DNA of 50,393 nucleotides from positions 1 to 50,393 of IMG/VR virus record IMGVR_UViG_3300024283_000062; one strand, written 5' to 3'. Origin of the DNA: a virus (lineage: Duplodnaviria; Caudoviricetes). Made by a program: the position numbers and the translations under genes. This document shows positions 34,662 to 43,084 of the stretch, in pieces. The notes under the pieces are model-generated. The model made no database searches, was not told where the DNA came from, and saw nothing but the letters and a program-made list of their open reading frames with translations. Every line of letters begins with the position of its first letter. The stretch's first letter is position 1.

Positions 34662-34937
34662 ATGGTGACCATCGATGTGCCGCACGTGTTTCGTGTTTTC
34701 CAAGGACCCCAGGGTTTGTTGGATCTGTTGGACCGGCGCCAGCCTGGACATGGCCTGACCTACAACCGCGTTCAAATGTGGCAGCAGCGCCAGAGCATCC
34801 CGGCAAAGTTCCTCGGTGCTATCTTGTATTGCATCGAACACGAAGGCTACAAATGCGTGGAGTTCCTGGTGGACCACGACGAGATGCGACCACCGCCACG
34901 CAACAACACCCCTACAAATGCGCGTCCGCGCAGCTGA
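34662..34937 (+). CDS. Cro-like transcriptional regulator
   Basis: Small protein with LTYNRVQMWQQRQSIP HTH-like motif, first gene of the rightward operon. Confidence 0.6.
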   Translation: MVTIDVPHVFRVFQGPQGLLDLLDRRQPGHGLTYNRVQMWQQRQSIPAKFLGAILYCIEHEGYKCVEFLVDHDEMRPPPRNNTPTNARPRS

Positions 34938-34960
34938 CGTCTCATGCGAACGGAGTGAGC

Positions 34961-35434
34961 ATGCGCGTTTTGGGCGTTGACCCTGGCGCTACCGGCGCGC
35001 TGGCGCTGTGGGACACCGGTCTCGACGCCATGGTGGTGGCCGACATGCCCAGCGTCATGGTGCGGGTGGGCAAGGCCAGGCGCCGTCAGCTGAGTGAGAC
35101 CTGGCTGGCCGACATCGTGCGGACCTACGAGCCGGACTGCGCCTGGTTGGAGCGGGTTCATGCCCTCCCCGGCCAGGGCGTCACCAGCTCGTTCTCGTTC
35201 GGCCTGGCCTACGGTATCGTGCGGGGTGTGCTGGCGGCGCTGGGCGTGCCTGTGACCCTGGTGACGCCGAACGAGTGGAAACGCGCGTTCCGGCTTGGTC
35301 CCGACAAGAACGAAGCCCGCCTGATCGCCGCCCGGCTGGTCCCGCTGTCGGCGGACCGGTTCACCCGTGTGGCGGACGACGGCCGCGCGGAGGCAGCCCT
35401 GCTGGCCCTGTTCGGAGCTAATCACAAAGGATGA
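34961..35434 (+). CDS. RuvC-like Holliday junction resolvase
   Basis: MRVLGVDPGATGALA, LERV, SSFSFG, VTPNEWK and DGRAEAALLA motifs. Confidence 0.88.
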   Translation: MRVLGVDPGATGALALWDTGLDAMVVADMPSVMVRVGKARRRQLSETWLADIVRTYEPDCAWLERVHALPGQGVTSSFSFGLAYGIVRGVLAALGVPVTLVTPNEWKRAFRLGPDKNEARLIAARLVPLSADRFTRVADDGRAEAALLALFGANHKG

Positions 35435-35440
35435 TCTTCC

Positions 35441-35752
35441 ATGGCTGACAGGCAGTTCCTCGAACAGCTTTCCCGCAAGCTCGCTGATGAAGGCCGGCTG
35501 ATCGAAGCGGGATGGGTGGCGTTGCGTCTCCAAACGATCCCCCTCAATGCTCCGGCAGTTCAGCTTCAGGAAATGCGCATGGCCTACATGGCCGGCGCGC
35601 AGCACCTGTTCGCCTCGATGATGGGTATCCTTGACCTAGGGCTGGAGGAAACGCCGGACGACATGCGGCGAATGGACCTGATCTACAAAGAGTTAGAAGC
35701 GTTCGGCAAGGAACTTGAACTGCGTGTTGGTAAGCCTGCGGGCAGCGGTTGA
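35441..35752 (+). CDS. Hypothetical phage protein
   Basis: 103 aa with an AAGGA RBS. Confidence 0.7.
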   Translation: MADRQFLEQLSRKLADEGRLIEAGWVALRLQTIPLNAPAVQLQEMRMAYMAGAQHLFASMMGILDLGLEETPDDMRRMDLIYKELEAFGKELELRVGKPAGSG

Positions 35753-35786
35753 CGCCTGCCGGCTACTTGTCTCTTGTAGTTTTCGC

Positions 35787-35815
35787 TTGACACGACAAAA
35801 GACACACAACACATT
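35787..35815 (+). promoter_or_regulatory. Putative promoter of the replication operon
   Basis: Perfect TTGACA at 35787 overlapped by GACACGAC, with a weak -10 (CACATT) 17 nt downstream. Confidence 0.45.
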
Positions 35816-35880
35816 GGTCCCTAGTTAGGCCCGATTGTAGTCCTCGCAAGAGGACCACAAATAGCGGGGAGGGGACAACT

Positions 35881-37344
35881 GTGTCTGTTGCTGTGGCTCA
35901 GACCATTAATACTTGCCCGCCGCTGCGCGATTACCAGGCCGCGGGTGTTACCTGGCTGACCGCCTCCCTGAAGGACCACAAAGCTGTTCTCCTGTGTGAC
36001 GACCCGGGACTGGGCAAGACCCGCCAGGCCCTGACCGCCGCCAGCCACCTGGCAGCAGGGCGTGTCCTGATTGCCTGCCCGGCGGGCGCCCGGCGGGTGT
36101 GGCGAGACGAGATCGAGCGTTGGTTCCCGTTGTGGAGTTCCCGGGTGTTCCTGGTCGAGCCAGGCACCCTCACCGGTCAGGTTCAGCGCATGCTGGCCTA
36201 TCCTGGTCCCCTGATCCTGGTGATCGGCTACGACGACTTGTCCCCGGCCGAGAGCAACGTCCCGAACCTGCTCGCCAGTCACGCCAATCCCTGGGACCTG
36301 CTGATCATCGACGAGGCCCACTACCTCAAGAACTTCTCCAATCGCACCAAGGCGGTCTACGGCGTCCGCGGCGACAACGAGGGCATCCAGGCCAACGCCC
36401 ACCGGGTGATCCTGCTGAGCGGCACGCCGACGCCGAACCATGCCGGCGAACTCTGGCAGCACTGCCGGACCTTGTGGCCCTGGTCCCTGCTGTGGCCCCA
36501 CGGCAGCCCACGCGCCGGCCAGCGCATGAGCCAGCAGGACTTCGAGGAACGGTTTACCCGCTATCGGGACACGGTCTACGGCCGGCAGATCGCCGGCTCG
36601 AAGAACCAAGGCCATTTGCGCGACGTGTTGGCCCGCGTGGTGCTGCGCCGCCGCAAGGATGATGTTCTTCCCGAGCTGCCGCCCTTGCAGTGCCAGGATG
36701 TGGCGCTGGAACCACCCCTCAATCAGGGGCTTAACCCGCAGGCCCAGGGACTGGCGAACCGCCTAGTCTGGTCCCTGGGTGCATTGACGACACCCGGCGG
36801 GGACAATCAGCTGCTCAAGACCCTGCAAACCCCGGACGGTGAACTCGCCACGCTGCGGCGCGAACTCGGCGAACTCAAGGTCCCGCCTGCCATTCTCTGG
36901 GTCCAGGAACGCCTGCAGTCTATCAATAAGATCCTGTTGTTCGCCTGGCATCTATCAGTGATCGAGCATCTGCGCCGTGGCCTGGCCGACTTCGTCCCGG
37001 TGGTGATCACCGGCGAGACCTCGCCCCTGGGCCGCGCCAATGCGGTGGAGCTGTTTCAGCGCCGCGCCAGCGTGCGGGTGTTCATCGGCCAGGTGAAGGC
37101 CGCCGGCACCGCTATCACCCTCACCGCCGCCTCTGAGGTGGCGATCGTCGAGCCGTCCTGGGTGCCGGGTGACAACGTCCAGGCGATCTGCCGCGCCCAC
37201 CGTCTGGGCCAGCGCGACAGCGTGCTGGCGTCCTTCCTTTACCTGCCCGGAACGCTTGACCAGCGGATCATGACCGCGTTCCGGCGCAAGGCCCACGAGA
37301 TCGCCGAACTACAAGGGGACCAGATCAATGCAAGTACAGGTTAA
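35881..37344 (+). CDS. SNF2/HARP-like SF2 helicase
   Basis: LRDYQ, DDPGLGKT, IIDEAH, LSGTP and QAICRAHRLGQ motifs. Confidence 0.92.
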   Translation: MSVAVAQTINTCPPLRDYQAAGVTWLTASLKDHKAVLLCDDPGLGKTRQALTAASHLAAGRVLIACPAGARRVWRDEIERWFPLWSSRVFLVEPGTLTGQVQRMLAYPGPLILVIGYDDLSPAESNVPNLLASHANPWDLLIIDEAHYLKNFSNRTKAVYGVRGDNEGIQANAHRVILLSGTPTPNHAGELWQHCRTLWPWSLLWPHGSPRAGQRMSQQDFEERFTRYRDTVYGRQIAGSKNQGHLRDVLARVVLRRRKDDVLPELPPLQCQDVALEPPLNQGLNPQAQGLANRLVWSLGALTTPGGDNQLLKTLQTPDGELATLRRELGELKVPPAILWVQERLQSINKILLFAWHLSVIEHLRRGLADFVPVVITGETSPLGRANAVELFQRRASVRVFIGQVKAAGTAITLTAASEVAIVEPSWVPGDNVQAICRAHRLGQRDSVLASFLYLPGTLDQRIMTAFRRKAHEIAELQGDQINASTG

Positions 37345-37912
37345 CGTCATATTCGATTTAGAGACCGAGCTGGAGCGAAGCGCGCTTACCAATCGGATCG
37401 CCAGGATGCTCGAAGCGGTCGGCGTGTCCGCCGCCGTGGTCCCGCTCCCCGGCAACGGGACTGTTGGCGGCCTTGATGCTGTACATCAATTGCAGACCTT
37501 ACCGCCGGATGAGGCAAAGGCGAAGGATCAGGCAGCCGCCAATCTCAAGGCCCGCCAGCAGGCCGCGGCGAACGCCCGCGCCGCTAAACAGGCCAAGGCC
37601 ACGCCGGTGAGCGAGCAACCTGTTGGTGTCACCGGTGGCGTCAACGGTGGCCCGATAGACGCTTCGGGTGACGACCCTGACGATACCGACGACGCGCTGG
37701 GTTTGAACTCGCCCTCGCTGTCACCGGGTGAGGCGAAAGACGCGGCGTTGGCGTTGGTCCGCGAAGCTTACAGCGCGGGGCATGTGGCGCAGGTCAAGGC
37801 GCTGCAGAAAGAACTCGGCGTGGCGAAGTTCTACGACGTCGACGTCACCAACGGGCACGCGTTCTACCAGCGCGTCATGAAGCTGGCCCATGAAGTGGGG
37901 ATACGCCGGTGA
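37328..37912 (+). CDS. Hypothetical phage protein
   Basis: 194 aa, overlapping the helicase end, with a helical C-terminal domain. Confidence 0.7.
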   Translation: MQVQVNVIFDLETELERSALTNRIARMLEAVGVSAAVVPLPGNGTVGGLDAVHQLQTLPPDEAKAKDQAAANLKARQQAAANARAAKQAKATPVSEQPVGVTGGVNGGPIDASGDDPDDTDDALGLNSPSLSPGEAKDAALALVREAYSAGHVAQVKALQKELGVAKFYDVDVTNGHAFYQRVMKLAHEVGIRR

Positions 37913-38121
37913 GGCGGGTCATTCACACCACCCTGCGGGACGACCAGCTGCCCGAAGGGGACCAGCAGATCCTGACCATCGCCCACGCGATCGAGATCTC
38001 GGTCAAGCCGGCGGACAAGGAAGTCTACATCAAGGCGGTGGTCGGCCACATCGCGGACCAGTTTGAGTTCGCCCTGCGGGCCGCGCTGAAGCTCCCCGCT
38101 GACTTCATCGAACGGCCATGA
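37909..38121 (+). CDS. Hypothetical protein
   Basis: GTGA and ATGA coupling on both sides. Confidence 0.6.
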   Translation: MRRVIHTTLRDDQLPEGDQQILTIAHAIEISVKPADKEVYIKAVVGHIADQFEFALRAALKLPADFIERP

Positions 38122-38297
38122 TTATTCAGATCGCGGCGGCGGCGTCGTATCATCCTAGCCTGCCGGACATCCTGTATGGGCTGGCGGCGGACGGCACGGT
38201 CTGGCGGCTGGTGGTCAAGCTGGGCAATGAATGGCAGCAGCTGCCGTCGTTGCCTGAGCCGGCCGAGACGACACCCACCCAGGTCCCGGTGCCGTGA
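38118..38297 (+). CDS. Hypothetical 59-aa protein (MIIQIAAAASYHPSLPDILYGLAADGTVW...)
   Basis: Exactly fills the gap with ATGA and GTGA overlaps. Confidence 0.65.
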   Translation: MIIQIAAAASYHPSLPDILYGLAADGTVWRLVVKLGNEWQQLPSLPEPAETTPTQVPVP

Positions 38298-39517
38298 CGC
38301 AGCACGCCCACTCGCTGCTAGGCGCCTCCGGCGCGCATCGCTGGCTGAACTGCCCCGGCAGTTTCCAGCTCAGCGTGACCGCGCCGCCGCGGCCGGCCTC
38401 GGTCTATGCCGCGACCGGCACGCTGGCGCACGACTATATCGAGAATGCCCTCGGCGCTGCCGTCACGCTGGGACAACGTCCTGGGACCTGCAAGGTCGAC
38501 GCCACCGAGCTGGGCGTCACCGCCGACGTGGAAGGCCATATCATCACGGTGGACCAGGATCTGATCGACGGCATCAACGTGATGCTCGACTACGTGCAGC
38601 ATGCGGCGCACCAGAGCGACTGGGTCCGGTGCGAGTTTCAGGTCGAACTCAACGACTATTTCCTGCCCTCAGAGCCGCCGCCGGTCCCGCTGTTCGGCCG
38701 GGTCGATGTGGCGCTTTTAGACTTACAGACCGACACGCTGGAGATCATCGATTATAAGAACGGCTCCGGTGTGTTCGTCATGGTGCAGGACAATCCGCAG
38801 CTGCTTTATTATGCGGCGGGTGTCCTGCGGCAGCTTCCCAAACACCAGCTGCGCCGGCTCAAACGGATCAAGCTCACCGTCGTACAGCCCAACGCGCCGG
38901 GCAGCGAACCGATCAGATCCTGGCAGATCACGCCGGTGGATCTGCTGATGTGGATCGACGAGGTATTGGTCCCCGGTGTCGAGGCGTGCGCCCAGGACAA
39001 CCCGCCGCTGGTCCCTGGTCCCTGGTGCCGGTTCTGTCCGGCCATCCACGCGTGCCCCCGTCTGATGCAGGACGCCAATGAGATGGCCAAACGTGATTTC
39101 GCCGATCACATGCTGCCTGATGATCCTGACGAGCTGGCCCGCAACCTGGACATCGCCGAGCGCGCCCAGATGTGGATCAACGCGCTGCAGGGGTATGCGG
39201 TCGAGCAGCTGCAGCGCCAGGTGCGTATCCCTGGCTGGGAACTGGTCCCCACCCGACCTACCCGCAAGTGGATCAGTGACGAGCCGACAACCGCCGGCGC
39301 CCTGCAGCTCTTCGATGTGCCTGACAATGTGATCTGGGAGACCAGGCTGCGTTCGCCGGCCCAGATCGAAAAGGCGATGGGCCGTGGTGCGCGGTTCCGC
39401 GAGCTTTGGAACGGCCAGCTTGCCGGCACCTTGGTTGAGAGCAAGTCGTCCGGCGTGAAGCTGGCGCGTGCCGGCAAAACCGATGCAGCAGGAGATTTCA
39501 GCGATGGCCCTGACTGA
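38294..39517 (+). CDS. DUF2800-family PD-(D/E)XK (Cas4-like) exonuclease
   Basis: HSLLGASGAHRWLNCPGS, GTLAH, GRVD...IIDYKNG, NPQLLYY and CRFCPAIHAC motifs. Confidence 0.9.
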   Translation: MTQHAHSLLGASGAHRWLNCPGSFQLSVTAPPRPASVYAATGTLAHDYIENALGAAVTLGQRPGTCKVDATELGVTADVEGHIITVDQDLIDGINVMLDYVQHAAHQSDWVRCEFQVELNDYFLPSEPPPVPLFGRVDVALLDLQTDTLEIIDYKNGSGVFVMVQDNPQLLYYAAGVLRQLPKHQLRRLKRIKLTVVQPNAPGSEPIRSWQITPVDLLMWIDEVLVPGVEACAQDNPPLVPGPWCRFCPAIHACPRLMQDANEMAKRDFADHMLPDDPDELARNLDIAERAQMWINALQGYAVEQLQRQVRIPGWELVPTRPTRKWISDEPTTAGALQLFDVPDNVIWETRLRSPAQIEKAMGRGARFRELWNGQLAGTLVESKSSGVKLARAGKTDAAGDFSDGPD

Positions 39518-39707
39518 GGCGGACGCCCATCTGATGGCGCTCAAACAGTGCCTCATACTGGGGCGTCAGCGTGTATCCGATTGTATCAACGATCTGGAGG
39601 ACGCAATGGCTGAACGCGATCTGCGCACGCAGCAGGACAAGCTCACCGACGTGATCCTGAGCCTGAAATACACCATCGACTTTATTCTGGGAGACCCTTC
39701 ACCATGA
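39504..39707 (+). CDS. Small hypothetical protein
   Basis: AGGAG RBS, ATGA-coupled to the SSB gene. Confidence 0.55.
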   Translation: MALTEADAHLMALKQCLILGRQRVSDCINDLEDAMAERDLRTQQDKLTDVILSLKYTIDFILGDPSP

Positions 39708-40288
39708 GTTCCATCCGCACGCCCATTGGCATCCTGTCGTTCCCGGTGTTGTTCGCTCCGCGCCCGCGCGCCCCCGGCGGCGATCCGGTCTATCAGGTGA
39801 CGCTGCTGTTCGATCAGACCGCACAGCGGGACCCGGCCTACGAGGACCTGCGCGCCGCGGTGCGCGAGGCGATCGACGAGGAGTGGGGCAAGGGCAAGTC
39901 GCAGGACCGGGCGTTCCTCGCCGGCATCCGGTTGCCGTTCCGCAAGTGCAGTGAGAAAACCTATGCCGGCTATGACATCCCGGGCGGCATGTATATTTCG
40001 CCCTGGTCCAAGTCGCGCCCCGGCCTGGTGGACGCCCGCCGGGTCGAGATCACTGTCCCCGAAGACATCTGGGCCGGCCAGATGGCCCGCGCCACGGTGA
40101 CCCGGTTCACCTACAACCAGGCCGGCAACAAGGGCGTGTCGTTCGCCCTGAACAATCTGCAGATCTGCCGCACCGACACCAAGCGGATCGATGGGCGCAA
40201 GGCGGCGACGGATGACTTCCCCGACTACGATGGTCCTGGCGGCACACCGGCGATGGCCGGGGCCGATGACGATGATCCGCCGTTCTGA
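39704..40288 (+). CDS. DUF2815-family single-stranded DNA-binding protein
   Basis: LSFPVLFAPR, GNKGVSFALNNLQ and acidic tail DDDDPPF, between nuclease and polymerase. Confidence 0.88.
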   Translation: MSSIRTPIGILSFPVLFAPRPRAPGGDPVYQVTLLFDQTAQRDPAYEDLRAAVREAIDEEWGKGKSQDRAFLAGIRLPFRKCSEKTYAGYDIPGGMYISPWSKSRPGLVDARRVEITVPEDIWAGQMARATVTRFTYNQAGNKGVSFALNNLQICRTDTKRIDGRKAATDDFPDYDGPGGTPAMAGADDDDPPF

Positions 40289-40611
40289 TGTTGACGCCTT
40301 CTTCGCAGCCATCGCAACCGAAGTTTAACGCGATGGCTGCGCGGTTCGCTACAATCGACGCCGCTAATCCAGACATATGGCGGCTGTTTGAGCGATTTGC
40401 TTTTGACATGATCCAGCGTGGGTTTCAGCATTACTCTGCCGATGCAGTGATGCATCGAGTGCGATGGGAGACTGCGGTTTATTTGCTTGATGGCAATAAT
40501 GAGTTCAAGATCGCAAACATATGGGTAGCTTATTATGCACGTAAGTTTACCCGTGTTCATCCGCAATACGCGGGGTTTTTTCGGTTACGCCCTTCGCAAG
40601 CAGACCTGTGA
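40288..40611 (+). CDS. Hypothetical phage protein (lower GC)
   Basis: 107 aa, TGATG-coupled, aromatic-rich (NPDIW..F...RVRWE...FKI....YYARKF). Confidence 0.7.
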   Translation: MLTPSSQPSQPKFNAMAARFATIDAANPDIWRLFERFAFDMIQRGFQHYSADAVMHRVRWETAVYLLDGNNEFKIANIWVAYYARKFTRVHPQYAGFFRLRPSQADL

Positions 40612-42528
40612 GTGATGCGTCTGGTCCTTGACCTGGAGACCACGTCGACCTGCGACCTGCGCAAGACCGGCGCGCAGGTCTACGCTGAGCATCCCGACAC
40701 CCGGATTACCGTGCTGTGCTACGCGGTGGACGACGAACCGGTGGAGACCGATGTTGCTGCTTCGTGCAGAGTTCCAGATCGGTTCGCCGCCGCCGTGCGC
40801 GCAGGCGCGACCGTCGTCGCACACAACTACATATTCGAGTTCCACCTCTATCACAACAAGCTGGTCCCGCTGGGCTGGCCGGTCATCCCGCTGGCGCAGT
40901 GGAGCTGCACCATGGCGCGGTCCCTGGTGGCGGGCTACCCGGCGAGCCTCGACGTGGGTGGCCGCGCGATCGGCCTGCGCTTCCGCAAGGACCCCGGTGC
41001 ACGGGACCTGATGCTGCGGTTCGCGCGGCCCCGGTCCCTCAACCCGACCACCTGGTGGCACGAGACCGACCCGGTGCGTTTCCAGAAGCTCTGCGAATAC
41101 TGCCAGGGCGACGTCCTCGCCGAGCGTGAGCTGGACAGCCGCCTGCCGGAGTTGTCCCCCCGTGAACGCGCGGTGTTCGAGCTGGACCATCACATCAACC
41201 AGCGTGGCCTCGGCGTCGACTACCCGCTGGTGCAGGATCTGGCGGTGCTGACTGAGCGGGCGCGGGACCAGCTCGCCCGCGACGTGGTCCGGCTCACCAA
41301 CGGCCAGGTGACCTCGCTGAACCAGGTGGCGCAGCTGCGCACCTGGCTGTTCTTCCAGGGCGTCGACATGCCCGACCTCAAGCGTGACACGGTGAAAGCC
41401 TGGCTCGCCGACCCCACCCTGCCAGACGGCCCCAGGAAGCTGCTCCAGGCCCGCCTGGACGCCTCCCGGGCGTCAACCGCCAAGCTGGCCGCCATCGCCG
41501 CCGCACGGTCCCTGGACGGCCGCGTGCGGGGCACCTTCCAGTACTACGGCGCCGGCCGCACCGGACGCTGGGCCGGTCGCCGGTTCCAGCCGCAGAACCT
41601 GTTCCGGGGATCGATCAAGGATGTGCCCGCGGCGATCCGCGCGATCCGTGCCGGCGCCACCCCCGATGACCTCGCCCTGTTGTTCGAGGACAGCGCCCTG
41701 GGCGTGGTCGCCAGCTGCCTCCGCTCCACCATATTGGCGGCGCCGTTGCACCGGCTGGTGGTGGCTGACCTGGCGCAGATCGAGGCCCGCGTGCTGGCCT
41801 GGCTGGCCCAGCAGCAGGACGCCCTGACGGTGTTCCGCCGCAACGAGGACATCTACACCGCCACCGCCAACGCGATCGGCTCCGCTAACAGGCAGCTGGG
41901 CAAAGTGTTAGTTCTGGCGTGCGGCTTCGGCATGGGCGCCGTCCGGTTCCAGCAGACCGCGCTGAGCTACGGCGTGGTGCTGGACGCCGTCGAAGCCGAG
42001 ACCGCGGTCATCCTCTGGCGGCAGCTGAACGTCAACATCGTGACGCTGTGGTGGGACGCTCATCGGGTGCTGATGCGGGTGCTGCGCCACGGCCCTGGCG
42101 CCACCGAGCAGTTAGGGTTCCTGACGTTCATCCATCGTCCCCGCCGGCTGCTGATCAAGCTGCCGAGCGGCCGGCATCTGGTCTATCGCGAGCCGCGCAT
42201 CGAACAGAACGACAAGGGCTTCGACGAGTTCACCTACATGGGGTCACTCGGCGGCAACTGGATCAGGTTGCGGTCCTGGCCCGGCAAGGTGATCGAGAAC
42301 ATCGTCCAGGCAGTGGCGCGGGACGTCATGGTCGGGGCGATGCTGACCCTGGTGCAGCAACCGCTGATCGCCACCATCCACGACGAGCTGATCGCTGAAG
42401 TCCCCGAAGCCGACGCTGAGCCGACGCTGGATCTGATGCTCAAGGTGATGCGCCGGACGCCGGCCTGGGCGCCCGGTCTGCCGATCAACGCGGCGGGCTT
42501 TGTCGTGCGGCGATACCAGAAAGGCTGA
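40612..42528 (+). CDS. polA: Family A DNA polymerase with 3'-5' exonuclease
   Basis: Exo motifs DLETTS and VAHN, RTGRWAG, motif A DLAQIEAR, motif B RQLGKVLVLACGFG, motif C TIHDE. Confidence 0.95.
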   Translation: MMRLVLDLETTSTCDLRKTGAQVYAEHPDTRITVLCYAVDDEPVETDVAASCRVPDRFAAAVRAGATVVAHNYIFEFHLYHNKLVPLGWPVIPLAQWSCTMARSLVAGYPASLDVGGRAIGLRFRKDPGARDLMLRFARPRSLNPTTWWHETDPVRFQKLCEYCQGDVLAERELDSRLPELSPRERAVFELDHHINQRGLGVDYPLVQDLAVLTERARDQLARDVVRLTNGQVTSLNQVAQLRTWLFFQGVDMPDLKRDTVKAWLADPTLPDGPRKLLQARLDASRASTAKLAAIAAARSLDGRVRGTFQYYGAGRTGRWAGRRFQPQNLFRGSIKDVPAAIRAIRAGATPDDLALLFEDSALGVVASCLRSTILAAPLHRLVVADLAQIEARVLAWLAQQQDALTVFRRNEDIYTATANAIGSANRQLGKVLVLACGFGMGAVRFQQTALSYGVVLDAVEAETAVILWRQLNVNIVTLWWDAHRVLMRVLRHGPGATEQLGFLTFIHRPRRLLIKLPSGRHLVYREPRIEQNDKGFDEFTYMGSLGGNWIRLRSWPGKVIENIVQAVARDVMVGAMLTLVQQPLIATIHDELIAEVPEADAEPTLDLMLKVMRRTPAWAPGLPINAAGFVVRRYQKG

Positions 42529-42716
42529 CTTTGTCTGGTGGCATTTGAAAATCATTCGCACACTGGTTTGTCGCGGCCTGCTACACAGAATTTACCAGAT
42601 ATAATCAGCATGTTCTCGATCCATGTCCGGCACGATCTGTCGTGTCTTGTGTGCGAACCAGGACACACGGCGGTTTTATGGTCAGATACCTGGAGGGGGT
42701 ATATCCATTGCCGGCA

Positions 42717-42809
42717 TCAATCCTCCGGCGGCAGGCGGATCACCGTCCACGCCAATACCGGACCCGCCACCATCACCACCAGTATTGCCCCCCACGCCAC
42801 CCATGACAT
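42717..42809 (-). CDS. 30-aa single-TM peptide MSWVAWGAILVVMVAGPVLAWTVIRLPPED
   Basis: AGGAG RBS 6 nt upstream of the ATG, one hydrophobic helix. Confidence 0.5.
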   Translation of the reverse strand: MSWVAWGAILVVMVAGPVLAWTVIRLPPED

Positions 42810-42878
42810 CGCCGTCTCCTGCGCAATTCACACATCAACCGCCAAATATCGCACAACACTACACACAACAACGTCGGC

Positions 42879-42969
42879 TAAGTCATTGAAATCATTAGTG
42901 TAGATTTGTCCAGGGCCTTACTTTTCAGAGGGGTTTGTAGGGCGACAAATTGGGTATAAGTCATTGATA
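42879..42969. promoter_or_regulatory. Two IHF-like sites flanking a dyad; candidate attP
   Basis: TAAGTCATTGAAA (42879) and TAAGTCATTGATA (42957; perfect YAANNNNTTGATW) enclose the ATTTGTC/GACAAAT inverted repeat. Confidence 0.5.
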
Positions 42970-43084
42970 TACTTGGTGTTTTTTGTGTCCTTTAGACTGT
43001 GTGTGTAATTCGCACACAAAGCACAAGAGACAACGCGACGGGTATTTTCGGTCGTTTGTCCGGCGCTAAACACGACGAACCAAC

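Noticed and set aside
38294-39517. Cas4 as part of a CRISPR-Cas system
   Set aside because: No array or other cas genes. It sits in the usual DUF2800-SSB-PolA phage replication module.
42538-42903. 121-aa plus-strand ORF after the polymerase
   Set aside because: No clear RBS, atypical composition, and it overlaps a better small minus-strand ORF and the att-like region.
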